From an uncultured Actinomycetota bacterium (lineage in GTDB: Bacteria > Actinomycetota > Actinomycetes > Propionibacteriales > Nocardioidaceae): 64,000 nt of DNA. Shown one piece after another: positions 54,670 through 63,226 of the stretch (position 1 is its first letter; every line of letters begins with the position of its first letter). The notes under the pieces were generated by a model. The model did not search any database. It was not told where the DNA came from and saw only the letters and a list, made by a program, of their open reading frames with translations. Made by a program: the position numbers and the translations under genes. The stretch is taken from contig CAWGUS010000003.1 in NCBI GenBank assembly GCA_963825755.1, positions 15,416 through 79,415 of the forward strand, written 5' to 3'.

Positions 54670-55754
54670 GCGTCGTCTCCTCCGTTCAGGTGCCACCGCA
54701 GCGGTGGCCCGGGTTCGCGCGTGAGGCTTCCTGTGGCCTCCGCGTGCAACAGGTGGGCGAGGGTCTCGGCAACGGCCAGTCGACGGCGGTTGCCTCGCGT
54801 CTCGGGCCACGACCGTGACCAGGTGAGTCGCTCGGCGACCTCCCACGCCGTGGGCGACCCCGCGTCGGCCACGACGTCGAGCACCTCGGCCTCGCGGGCG
54901 GCGTGGTGGTCGCGTGACTGGCCGAGCCGGGCCGCGAGCCCACGGAAGCGGTACTCGTGCCCGGGCAGGATCTCGGGGTCGAGCCCGCCCGCCCACACCT
55001 CCAGGTCTCGCAGGGAGCTGAGGTAGGTGCCGAGCACGTCGCCGTCCTCGGGGCGGTAGGTGCCGACGTGGGAGGTGATCCGCGGGAGCACGGCATCGCC
55101 GGTCATCAGCAGGCGGTCGTCCGGCAGCAGGAAGCACAGGTGGCCGGGGGTGTGGCCCGGTGTGTGGCGGGCCTCCAGGTGCCGGCCCACGACGACGTCC
55201 ACGCGGCCGGCCACGACGAGCAGGTCCGGCTCGAGAGCACCGATCCGGGCAGCGAGCACGGGGTCGAAGGCGAGGTCGGCCCGCTCGTCGTCCGGGACTC
55301 CGCACGAGTCCGGCCAGGACTCGTTGCGCTCCGCGACCTCGGTCCCGTCGCGCAGCCCGGCCAGCATCGCGGCGTCCGCCTCGTGCATGCCGACCCAGCA
55401 TCCCGACGCTCGGCGTACCCGCTCGGCCAGGCCGTGGTGGTCGGTGTGGGCGTGGGAGACCAGGACCCCGGCGACGTCCTCGACGTCGGTGCCCAGCGAG
55501 GCGAGCCCGGCGACGAGCCCGTCCCAGCTCGCCAGGGCCGGCCATCCCGGGTCCACCAGCACGGGGCCTCGGTCGGTCTCGATGACGTAGCAGTTGACGT
55601 AGCGCAGCGGGTTGTCCGGAATCGTGACGGGGATCGACCAGACGCCGGCCGCGACGGTCTCGACCGGCGGGAACGTGTGCGCTGCCCAGGCCTCCTTCTG
55701 GACGGAGCCCGTGACCTCGACGGCGTGCGGATCGGTCCGCGCCGACGTCGTCAG
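54666..55754 (-). CDS. MBL-fold metallo-hydrolase with C-terminal wHTH (start probably CTG at 55754)
   Basis: SHAHTDH, TPGHTPGH, TGDAVL, PGHE; frame stays open 64 codons upstream of the track start (SIPVTIPDNPLRYVNCY). Confidence 0.85.
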   Translation of the reverse strand: MTTSARTDPHAVEVTGSVQKEAWAAHTFPPVETVAAGVWSIPVTIPDNPLRYVNCYVIETDRGPVLVDPGWPALASWDGLVAGLASLGTDVEDVAGVLVSHAHTDHHGLAERVRRASGCWVGMHEADAAMLAGLRDGTEVAERNESWPDSCGVPDDERADLAFDPVLAARIGALEPDLLVVAGRVDVVVGRHLEARHTPGHTPGHLCFLLPDDRLLMTGDAVLPRITSHVGTYRPEDGDVLGTYLSSLRDLEVWAGGLDPEILPGHEYRFRGLAARLGQSRDHHAAREAEVLDVVADAGSPTAWEVAERLTWSRSWPETRGNRRRLAVAETLAHLLHAEATGSLTREPGPPLRWHLNGGDDA

Positions 55755-56959
55755 GACGCGACCGCTCTGGCGGGCTCGAGCACCACGTTGAGCGGCGCGA
55801 ACGAACGAGGCATGTAGCCGCGGTACGTCGCCGGCTCGGCGTCGCGGTCCCAGGAGAAGGAGTCGTAGCGCTCGAGCAGCTGCTTGACCACCTCGAGCTC
55901 CTCGCCTCGGGACAGGGCTGCGCCGACGCAGTAGCGAGGGCCGACGTTGAAGGCGACGTGGCTCTTCAGGTTGCGCCGGTCGATGTCGACCTTGTCGGGC
56001 TCGGGGAACTGGTGCGGGTCGCGGTTGGCGGCCGCGTTGACCGGGTGGATCCGGTCACCCTGCTTGATCGCGACACCGGCGAGCTCGGTGTCCCGGGTCG
56101 CCACCCGGACGCGGAACTGCACCGGAGCCAGGTAGCGCAGCACCTCCTCGCCGAACGCCGCGATCTTGCGCTCGTCGCCCCGGATCTCGTCCTGGAACGA
56201 CGGGTACTGCAGAAGCGTGTAGATCGCGTTCTTGAGGAAGTGGGCGGTCGTGTCGGTGCCTGCGAAGAAGAGCACCCGCGCCTGGGCGAGGATCTCGTCC
56301 TCGCCCCACTCCTCCAGCACACCCTGGCCCTGCTCCCACAACACCGAGATCAGGTCGTCGCGCGGCTCCTCGCGGCGGGCGCGGATCACCGGCCGTAGCA
56401 CCTCGTTGAGGCTCCTTGCGGCAGCAGCCGCGTCCTCGTAGGCCTGTTCATCCTCGCCGAAGGTCTCGGTCCAGCGGAACATCGTCGAGTTCCAGGTCCG
56501 GCACTTCGCCATCAGCTCCTCGTCGTGCCAGTCGAGCCCGAGCAGGGCAGCGATCACGTCGCTCGGCACGACCGAGGCGAAGTCGGCCGCCAGGTCGACC
56601 TGTGTGCGGTCGGCGAGGGCGTCGAGCCGGCGCGACACCAGCTCGGCGATGAAGTCGGTGCGGTACTTACGGACCGTCACCGGCGTGAAGTGCTGGAGCA
56701 GGAAGTTGTGGACCGCGTGGTGCTGCTCGCCCTGCAGGAGCAGCACACCCTTGGGGCCGCCGTACACGTCGGCGGCGCCCTGGAGCTGCGCATAGGGATG
56801 GGCGTACGTCGCCTCGTCGAGCTGCACGGCCCGGCACTCGTCGTAGCCCACGACGATCCAGGCGTTCATCCCGTCGTCCCAGTGCACGGGTCCCTTGGCC
56901 AGACGGTCGGCGAAGAACGGGTAGGGGTCCTGGTCGCGCGCTTCCTTCAGGCTGTGCAT
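55751..56959 (-). CDS. Cytochrome P450
   Basis: I-helix AGTDTT, EEVLR (ExxR), ANRDP..F, heme motif FNVGPRYCVG. Confidence 0.95.
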   Translation of the reverse strand: MHSLKEARDQDPYPFFADRLAKGPVHWDDGMNAWIVVGYDECRAVQLDEATYAHPYAQLQGAADVYGGPKGVLLLQGEQHHAVHNFLLQHFTPVTVRKYRTDFIAELVSRRLDALADRTQVDLAADFASVVPSDVIAALLGLDWHDEELMAKCRTWNSTMFRWTETFGEDEQAYEDAAAAARSLNEVLRPVIRARREEPRDDLISVLWEQGQGVLEEWGEDEILAQARVLFFAGTDTTAHFLKNAIYTLLQYPSFQDEIRGDERKIAAFGEEVLRYLAPVQFRVRVATRDTELAGVAIKQGDRIHPVNAAANRDPHQFPEPDKVDIDRRNLKSHVAFNVGPRYCVGAALSRGEELEVVKQLLERYDSFSWDRDAEPATYRGYMPRSFAPLNVVLEPARAVAS

Positions 56960-56974
56960 GGTGCCTCGCTTCGG

Positions 56975-57322
56975 CTACTGGGTGGGTGCGATGGGTAGGG
57001 CCCCGACGTACGCCGTGTCGGCGCCCGTGGCTCCGAGGTCGCGTGAGCCGCCCGGCATGCCGAGCGGCTCGGTCCGACCGGGGAGCAGCTCGGTGAAGAA
57101 TCGGTCGTTGTCGGCGATGTGCTCGAGCTGTGACTCGGCGACCTCGTCGGAGTAGTGGATCGCCTGGACCGGGCAGACCGGCTCGCAGGCGCCGCAGTCG
57201 ACGCACTCCAGCGGCTGGATGTAGGCCTTGCGGCCACCCTCGTAGATGCAGTCGACCGGGCAGACGTCGACGCAGCTGCGGTCGAGCACGTCGATGCACT
57301 CGGCAGAGATCACATAGGCCAT
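56975..57322 (-). CDS. fdxA: 7Fe ferredoxin (FdxA-type)
   Basis: CIDVLDRSCVDVCPVDCIY...CVDCGACEPVCP. Confidence 0.9.
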   Translation of the reverse strand: MAYVISAECIDVLDRSCVDVCPVDCIYEGGRKAYIQPLECVDCGACEPVCPVQAIHYSDEVAESQLEHIADNDRFFTELLPGRTEPLGMPGGSRDLGATGADTAYVGALPIAPTQ

Positions 57323-57345
57323 GGGTGTCCGCTCCTCGCTCCGGG

Positions 57346-58662
57346 TCAGCCGGCGACGGCGGCACGCAGTGCCTGCCAGTCGGGGATCTTGGTCCGTGCG
57401 CGGCCGAGCTCCTGGCCACGCACGCGTTCGGCCTCGTCGATGCCGAGCCAGCCGGAGTACGACACCGGCTGGACGCCGCGGGATGAGAGCGCGGCGTCCA
57501 CCTCGTCAGCAGTGACGCCCCGTGGCGTGAATCCGTCGAGGTCGGAGAGCACCAGGGCGACGGTGTCGGCCGCGCACGCGCGATTGGTGCCGACGACGCC
57601 CGACGGGCCACGCTTGACCCAGCCCGCGACGTATCTTCCGGGCAGCGGGTGGCCGGTGCCGTCGACGACGCGGCCGGCCACGTTGGGCACGCGCCCCAGC
57701 TCCTCGTCGTACGGGAGGGACTCGACGGGGGCACTCAGGTGACCAACGGAGCGCACGAGCAGGCCCGCCTCGATGGTCTCGGTCGCGCCGTCGGAGCCGA
57801 CGACGTCGAGCTCGACCGCCTCGACGCTGCTGGTCCCGAGCACGGCACGTGGGCTGCGCCAGAAGTGGAAGTGCACGGTGCGGACCCGCCCGTCGACGTC
57901 ACGACCGGCGAGGGCACGCAGCGCACGGAGGTTGGCCGCGACCAGCGGGGGCGCACCCTCCGGGTCAGGCACCTCCCCGTGAATCTCGGTGGCCACACCG
58001 TCGAGCTCGCCCAGCTCGCGCAGCTCCTTGGCCGTGAACTTCGCGTGCTCGGGGCCGCGGCGGCACACGACGTGGACGTCGCTGACCCGACTGACGGCGA
58101 GTCTCTCGAGGACCGCCTGCGGCATGTCCGTCTCGTGCAGCAGGTCCACCGGCTTGGCCAGCAGCCGGGCGACGTCCAGGGCCACGTTGCCGGCACCGAC
58201 GACGACCACGGACGCGGTGTCGAGCGAGAACCCGCCGTGGCTGTCGGGGTGCCCGCTGTACCAGGCGACGAGCTCCGCGGCTGAGCAGGAGTTCGCCAGC
58301 GCCTCGCCCGGAATGCCGAGGCGACGGTCGCGCGACGCGCCGGTGGCGTAGACCACGGCGTCGTACCACTTGTCCAGCTCGCCGGGAGTGACCTGGGTCC
58401 CCACGCCGACGTCCCCGAGGAACCGTACCCGGTCATGCTCGAGGGTGCGCTGCAGCGCGGTGATGATCGCCTTGATGCGCGGGTGGTCGGGAGCGACGCC
58501 GTAGCGGACCAGCCCGTACGGCGTCGGCAGGCGGTCGAAGACGTCGACCTCCACCCCTCCGTCACCGCGGACGAGCGCGTCGGCGGTGTAGAGACCGGCC
58601 GGTCCGGAGCCCACCACGGCGATCCGGTGCGCCTGCGGGGTGGCAGCTGTGGTGGTGGTCAC
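57346..58662 (-). CDS. fprA: Ferredoxin--NADP+ reductase (FprA/adrenodoxin reductase-like)
   Basis: GSGPAG, PYGLVRYGVAPDH, GAGNVALDVAR, GWVKRGPSG. Confidence 0.92.
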   Translation of the reverse strand: MTTTTAATPQAHRIAVVGSGPAGLYTADALVRGDGGVEVDVFDRLPTPYGLVRYGVAPDHPRIKAIITALQRTLEHDRVRFLGDVGVGTQVTPGELDKWYDAVVYATGASRDRRLGIPGEALANSCSAAELVAWYSGHPDSHGGFSLDTASVVVVGAGNVALDVARLLAKPVDLLHETDMPQAVLERLAVSRVSDVHVVCRRGPEHAKFTAKELRELGELDGVATEIHGEVPDPEGAPPLVAANLRALRALAGRDVDGRVRTVHFHFWRSPRAVLGTSSVEAVELDVVGSDGATETIEAGLLVRSVGHLSAPVESLPYDEELGRVPNVAGRVVDGTGHPLPGRYVAGWVKRGPSGVVGTNRACAADTVALVLSDLDGFTPRGVTADEVDAALSSRGVQPVSYSGWLGIDEAERVRGQELGRARTKIPDWQALRAAVAG

Positions 58663-58697
58663 GAGATTATTTAGCCATGTTATGCATTCGGTGTCAA
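58663..58697 (-). promoter_or_regulatory. Sigma70-like promoter with overlapping operator; probably leaderless
   Basis: TTGACA (58697-58692), 18 bp, TAAATA, 5 nt, GTG; operator TTAGCCATGTTAT at 58671-58683. Confidence 0.7.
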
Positions 58698-58714
58698 CGG
58701 CCACGCCAAAACGG

Positions 58715-59590
58715 TCACGGGGAGGCGGAATCCCTGTCCAGCAAGGCGATCGTCGAGTCGTGGGCCCGGCGGGCCGCCTCGGCGGAGGATCGACGGTGCA
58801 GGGCGTCGGAGTAGACCTCGACGGAGATCGCCGGCGCCACGCCGGGGCGATCCAGCGCGTCGACGAAGGCCGCCAGGTCGAAGTCACCCTCACCCGGGCA
58901 GCGCCGGCCGTGCACCGCGTCGACCATCCGGTCGGGGTCGTCCGGCGCCGCCGGGCCGTCGTTGACCTGGACCATCTGGATCCGCCCGGCCGGGACGGCG
59001 GCCAGCGCCTCGAGGTCGGGATCGCCTCGGAAGAAGTGCCAGGTGTCGATGCAGAGGCCGCCGTTCGGGCGGTCGGCCTCCTCCACGATCGCGAGAGCCG
59101 TCCGGAGGTCCTTCACGCTGCTGTACGGCACGAACTCGAGGGCGATGTCCATGCCGTGTGCCCCGGCCCGGTCGCACAGGGCCGCGAAGGCCTCCGCCAC
59201 CTCCGGCCCGAGCGGCCGGTCGTCCAGGGTGCCGACCGCCTGGGCGCGTCGTACGCCGAACACGTCGGCCAGGTGGAACGCGGTGCGCTCGATCTCAGGG
59301 TCGGCGTACACGAGACCGGGACGGCCGGGCAGGTCGGCTGGACCGGTCGGCGCGTGGAAGCCGAAGAGCACCTCGACCTCGTCGATGCGGACACCGTGCT
59401 CGGCCAGGAGATCGAGCATCGCCCGGTCGGTCCAGCCCGCGGCGCGGAGTGCGAGGTAGTCGGGCACCGCGAGCCCGATGGCGGGGAAGCCGGCGGTGGC
59501 CGCTGCGGCGACCCGGTCGGCGAACGACGCGGGGCGGACGGTGCCCCACGCGAGCACGAGCCACGGCCGGTCGAGGAAGGGGGCGGTCAT
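58715..59590 (-). CDS. Sugar phosphate isomerase/epimerase (xylose-isomerase-like TIM barrel)
   Basis: ALEFVP, IDTWH, QVNDG, R..PGEG.FDL, ISVEV. Confidence 0.88.
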   Translation of the reverse strand: MTAPFLDRPWLVLAWGTVRPASFADRVAAAATAGFPAIGLAVPDYLALRAAGWTDRAMLDLLAEHGVRIDEVEVLFGFHAPTGPADLPGRPGLVYADPEIERTAFHLADVFGVRRAQAVGTLDDRPLGPEVAEAFAALCDRAGAHGMDIALEFVPYSSVKDLRTALAIVEEADRPNGGLCIDTWHFFRGDPDLEALAAVPAGRIQMVQVNDGPAAPDDPDRMVDAVHGRRCPGEGDFDLAAFVDALDRPGVAPAISVEVYSDALHRRSSAEAARRAHDSTIALLDRDSASP

Positions 59591-60687
59591 GACCGACCGC
59601 CCGTCAGGTCCGGCAGCACTCGCCGTGCCACCAGCGTCTCCAGGGCGTGGCGGAAGGTGTCCTCGGTGTCCTGGACGACGGTGAACCCGGCTTGCTTCAC
59701 CTTGATCGTGCTCACCAGCGCGGGTGGTGGCGTCGTCGTCACTCCGAAGCCGAACGTGTAGTCGGCGTACAGGTGGGACTGGCCCAGCACGTCGAGGAGC
59801 GACAGCGGCCGGAGGCCGTGCCGCTCGACGATCCGGTCCCAGGTGGCGGCGAGCCCGGGGAGCTCGACGCCGAGGCTGCGCGGCTGCGGGTCGGCAGCCT
59901 CGACACCCATGGTCTCGGCGAAGACCGGCCACAGCTGCTGCCACGAGAACACCTCGCCGTTGGTCAGGTTGAAGTGCTCCCCGCGCGCCGTCGGAGCCGT
60001 GGTGGCCCACCGGATCGCCCGGGCGACGACCCGGGCGTCGGCCGCCTGCTTCACCGGGTGGGTCGCCCCGCCCGGGAACGCGAAGGGCATCCCCGTCTCG
60101 GCGCACAGCGCCGCGTAGGCGCCGATGACGGGCGGGGTGCAGTAGGCGACCCCGTACGCCGGGCCGACGACCTGCACCGGCCGGAGGATGGTCCACGCGA
60201 AGTCCGCTCGCTCCGCCCGCTCGCGCATCAGGTCCTCCTGGTGCCAGTAGAAGTTCTCGTGCGGGTCGCGGGGCGCACGCTCGCGGGCCGGCACCGGGAT
60301 CGGGTGCAGGTGCACGCCGTAGGCCTTGGTGCCCTGCATGAGGGTGACGTGCTCCAGCGAGCCGGCGGCCGCGAGCGGAGTGAGCACGTGGTCGAGCATC
60401 CGGCGGTTGGTGGCCATCTGCTCGGGGTCCGACCAACCGGCGACCAGGCCGGGCTTCTCGTACGCCGCCGCGTGGACGAGGTGGGAGACGCCGTCGACGG
60501 CTGCCAGAGCGGCCGCGGTCGCGGGCCCGTCGGTGAGGTCGAGGGGGATGTGCGTGAAGGGCCGGTCGGCGACGACCTCCGGTGGACGGCGGGAGAGCGC
60601 CACCACGTCCCACCCGTGCGCGAGCAGCTCCTCGATCGCGGCGGTGCCGATCAGGCCACTCGCGCCGGCGACGACGACCCGGTTCAC
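59587..60687 (-). CDS. PRISE-like (progesterone 5-beta-reductase/iridoid synthase-type) atypical SDR
   Basis: VAGASGLIG, LSRR, LMQGTKAYG, NFYWHQED, FNLTNGEVFSW, STIKVKQAGF. Confidence 0.8.
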   Translation of the reverse strand: MNRVVVAGASGLIGTAAIEELLAHGWDVVALSRRPPEVVADRPFTHIPLDLTDGPATAAALAAVDGVSHLVHAAAYEKPGLVAGWSDPEQMATNRRMLDHVLTPLAAAGSLEHVTLMQGTKAYGVHLHPIPVPARERAPRDPHENFYWHQEDLMRERAERADFAWTILRPVQVVGPAYGVAYCTPPVIGAYAALCAETGMPFAFPGGATHPVKQAADARVVARAIRWATTAPTARGEHFNLTNGEVFSWQQLWPVFAETMGVEAADPQPRSLGVELPGLAATWDRIVERHGLRPLSLLDVLGQSHLYADYTFGFGVTTTPPPALVSTIKVKQAGFTVVQDTEDTFRHALETLVARRVLPDLTGGRS

Positions 60688-61460
60688 GGGGCGGTCACCT
60701 CGGCCCGGGCGACCACGGTGCCGTTGCCGGCGCGGACCTCGACATCGGCGCCCTCGTCGGCCGGGCGGCGTACGACGAGGCGCTGCGGCCCGATCGCCGG
60801 CGCCACCAGGCGGTAGGTCAACGTCCGCTCACGAAGGTCGAGCTCCTCGGCCATCAGCAGCACCTGGAGAGGGCCGTGGACCACGAGGTCGGCGTACCCC
60901 TCCGTGGCTGCGTGGCCGCGGTCGTAGTGGATGCGGTGGGAGTTGTAGGTCAGCGCCGAGAAGCGGAAGAGCACGACCGGGTCGACGTCGAACGTGCGCC
61001 CGTCGATGCCGGCATCGCCAGCCGTCGCCGGGAGCGGCGACGACGGCGCCCCCGCTGGCCTATAGACGATGTCGTGCTCGTCGACGACTGCCAGGGCGCC
61101 GTGCTGGTGGACCTCGTGCCGGACCGTGACGAAGGTCAGCGCCCCCGAGCGACCCTCCTTCTCCTGCCGCGAGACGATGCGACTCGAGCGCTCGGCCTCG
61201 TCTCCGATGACGAGCGGCGCGAGGTGCGTGGCCCGTCCGCCCGCGAACATCCTGCGCATGCCTGGCGCAGGTGGCGCCGGCAGGCCGTGCTGCGGATGTC
61301 CGTCGTGACCGAGATCCTCCTGCGCCGGCGCGTCGAGCAGCTGCGCGACGTGCCACATCGGCGGGAGCAGGTCCGGCGTGCCCGCGGGACGACCGAGCAG
61401 GCCTGCGAGCGCCTCGACGGCGAACGGGTCGACCCGCCCCGCGCGGACACGGGACTCCAC
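60684..61460 (-). CDS. Double hot-dog acyl-CoA hydratase (HTD2/mesaconyl-C4-CoA/itaconyl-CoA hydratase-like)
   Basis: RRMFAGG, KEGRSG.L.FV, LFRFSALTYNSHRIHYD, LVVHGPL. Confidence 0.85.
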   Translation of the reverse strand: MESRVRAGRVDPFAVEALAGLLGRPAGTPDLLPPMWHVAQLLDAPAQEDLGHDGHPQHGLPAPPAPGMRRMFAGGRATHLAPLVIGDEAERSSRIVSRQEKEGRSGALTFVTVRHEVHQHGALAVVDEHDIVYRPAGAPSSPLPATAGDAGIDGRTFDVDPVVLFRFSALTYNSHRIHYDRGHAATEGYADLVVHGPLQVLLMAEELDLRERTLTYRLVAPAIGPQRLVVRRPADEGADVEVRAGNGTVVARAEVTAP

Positions 61461-61462
61461 GA

Positions 61463-61933
61463 TCAGTAGGGCGGGAGGAGCGAGATATCCACGGGCGCGC
61501 TGACGAAGTAGCGCTCCACGAGACGACGGGCGAACTTCCAGGCGCCGCCGCGCCTCTCGTAGACGTCGTGGTAGGTGCAACCGACGTAGCAGACCTGGCC
61601 CTCGGGGTTCACGCACATGGCGAACGCATCGCTGCGCCCGACCGCCCGGTCGGGCGACTCGAAGGAGACCGTGTGGTTGGTGGTCCAGTGGTAGGTCTCC
61701 TTCCACACGTTGCCGATGACGACCTGCGACTGCCGGATGCCCTCGGTGCCACGGAAGTCGCCGCGACCACCGGGGATGAGGTACTCCGCATCGTCGTGCC
61801 ACAGGGCCATGAACCGGTCGAGGTTGCGACGATCCACCCCTTCGCAGTAGCCCGCGATCAGGTCGGTGATGGCGGCGCGGCTCTCGATCTCGTCGAGGCG
61901 CTCCTCGATGGAGCGCTGGGTCGTGGTGGTCAC
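61463..61933 (-). CDS. SnoaL/NTF2-like protein (BaiE/LinA-like)
   Basis: ERLDEIESRAAITDL...YC.GVD...HWTTNH...YHDVY.R..G.WKF. Confidence 0.85.
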   Translation of the reverse strand: MTTTTQRSIEERLDEIESRAAITDLIAGYCEGVDRRNLDRFMALWHDDAEYLIPGGRGDFRGTEGIRQSQVVIGNVWKETYHWTTNHTVSFESPDRAVGRSDAFAMCVNPEGQVCYVGCTYHDVYERRGGAWKFARRLVERYFVSAPVDISLLPPY

Positions 61934-61946
61934 GGTCGCCGTCCTC

Positions 61947-62540
61947 TCAGGCCTGGGTGCGGAACTGGGCAGGGTAGTTGTCGGGGAGATCCTCCTCGGC
62001 CAGCGGCGCGATCTCGTGGTCGATCACGTAGCGGTCCTCGCCCTTGGCCTTGTCGTTCTCGTCGAACTCCCAGAAGACCACCGTCCGGGCCGCCAGGAGG
62101 TAGTGGCTGCTGGCCGGCGAGGAGTCGTCGACGAAACCCATCTTGCGAGCCACGGCCGCGGTCAGGATCTGGCGGAACGTCCCCTCGGTGACGATCTGGT
62201 AGTCGGACACGACGACGCGGTCCTTCTTCGACTCGATGACGTAGGAGCCGTTGTTGACCATCTCGGTGTAGTTGGCGCGGACCTCGTCCATGCCCTTGGG
62301 TCCGGTGTCCCCCGGGACGTTCGCCAGCACGCCGTACTCGTGGTACTGCGGGTCGTCCGAGAGGGTGGGCAGCACCATGTCGAGGTCTGCCAGAACCTCG
62401 CCCTTGGAGTGGTGGACCACCGTCTCGAGGTGCTTGCGCTGCAGCGGCGTCTTCGCCTGGTGCATGTGCTCCTCGAAGCTCGTGTACGTCAGCTCGGGCC
62501 TGAAGTCCTTCAACGGATGACTCCCTCGATCTCGGACCAC
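61947..62540 (-). CDS. SnoaL/NTF2-like protein (start uncertain)
   Basis: HSKGEVLADLD...TL..DPQYH...GMDEVRANY...GEDRY. Confidence 0.65.
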   Translation of the reverse strand: MVRDRGSHPLKDFRPELTYTSFEEHMHQAKTPLQRKHLETVVHHSKGEVLADLDMVLPTLSDDPQYHEYGVLANVPGDTGPKGMDEVRANYTEMVNNGSYVIESKKDRVVVSDYQIVTEGTFRQILTAAVARKMGFVDDSSPASSHYLLAARTVVFWEFDENDKAKGEDRYVIDHEIAPLAEEDLPDNYPAQFRTQA

Positions 62541-62566
62541 CCGGACTGGCAGTCGCTTCGAATTAT

Positions 62567-62579
62567 CTAACCATGTAAA
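62567..62579. promoter_or_regulatory. Operator box in the divergent MarR promoter region
   Basis: CTAACCATGTAAA; TTGACA at ~62599 on the plus strand. Confidence 0.65.
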
Positions 62580-62738
62580 CTAATATGGGATCGCGGCGTT
62601 GACAACCCCGTTCGGAGACTCGGGCGGGCAGGTCGGCAACGCACCCGAAAGGCCCGACCCGCCCCGGATGGCGTAGCCGCCGGTGCCGGTGGGGCGCATA
62701 CTGAGGCGCGCGAGTGCCCGACCAATGACGGGGTGACA

Positions 62739-63215
62739 ATGTCCACCACAGCCACCAGGAAGCGCGGTAGCGGCGGAGCCGTGAAGCGTGAGGACCTGAC
62801 CCGACTGCGCATGACGCTCGGACGCCTCGGTCGCGTGCTGCGACAGCAGAGCGACGACGGCCTGAGCTACGCGCTCATCTCCCTTTTGTTCAACATCGGC
62901 CGCAACCAGCCCGTCTCTGCCGGCGAGCTCGCCGCCAGTGAGGGCGTCTCGCCCCCCTCGGTGACGCGCTCCCTGAACCGGCTGATCGAGCTCGGCTACG
63001 TCTCGCGCGTGGCTGATCCGGCGGACCGCCGGGCGGCGCTGATCCGGCTCACGCCGACCGGGATGACCGAGCGCGAGCAGGTCCTGAAGAGCCGTGAGCT
63101 GTGGTTGTCCGAGCACCTCAAGCGGCTCAGCCCCGACGAGCTCGAGTCGCTGCTGGCCGCCCTCCCGGCCCTCGAGCGCCTCTGCGACCCGGAGCTCTCC
63201 CCCGACCCTGCCTGA
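62739..63215 (+). CDS. MarR-family regulator
   Basis: GELAASEGVSPPSVTRSLNRL...GYVSR..DPADRRA..IRLT..G. Confidence 0.93.
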   Translation: MSTTATRKRGSGGAVKREDLTRLRMTLGRLGRVLRQQSDDGLSYALISLLFNIGRNQPVSAGELAASEGVSPPSVTRSLNRLIELGYVSRVADPADRRAALIRLTPTGMTEREQVLKSRELWLSEHLKRLSPDELESLLAALPALERLCDPELSPDPA

Positions 63216-63226
63216 CACGGCAGCGC

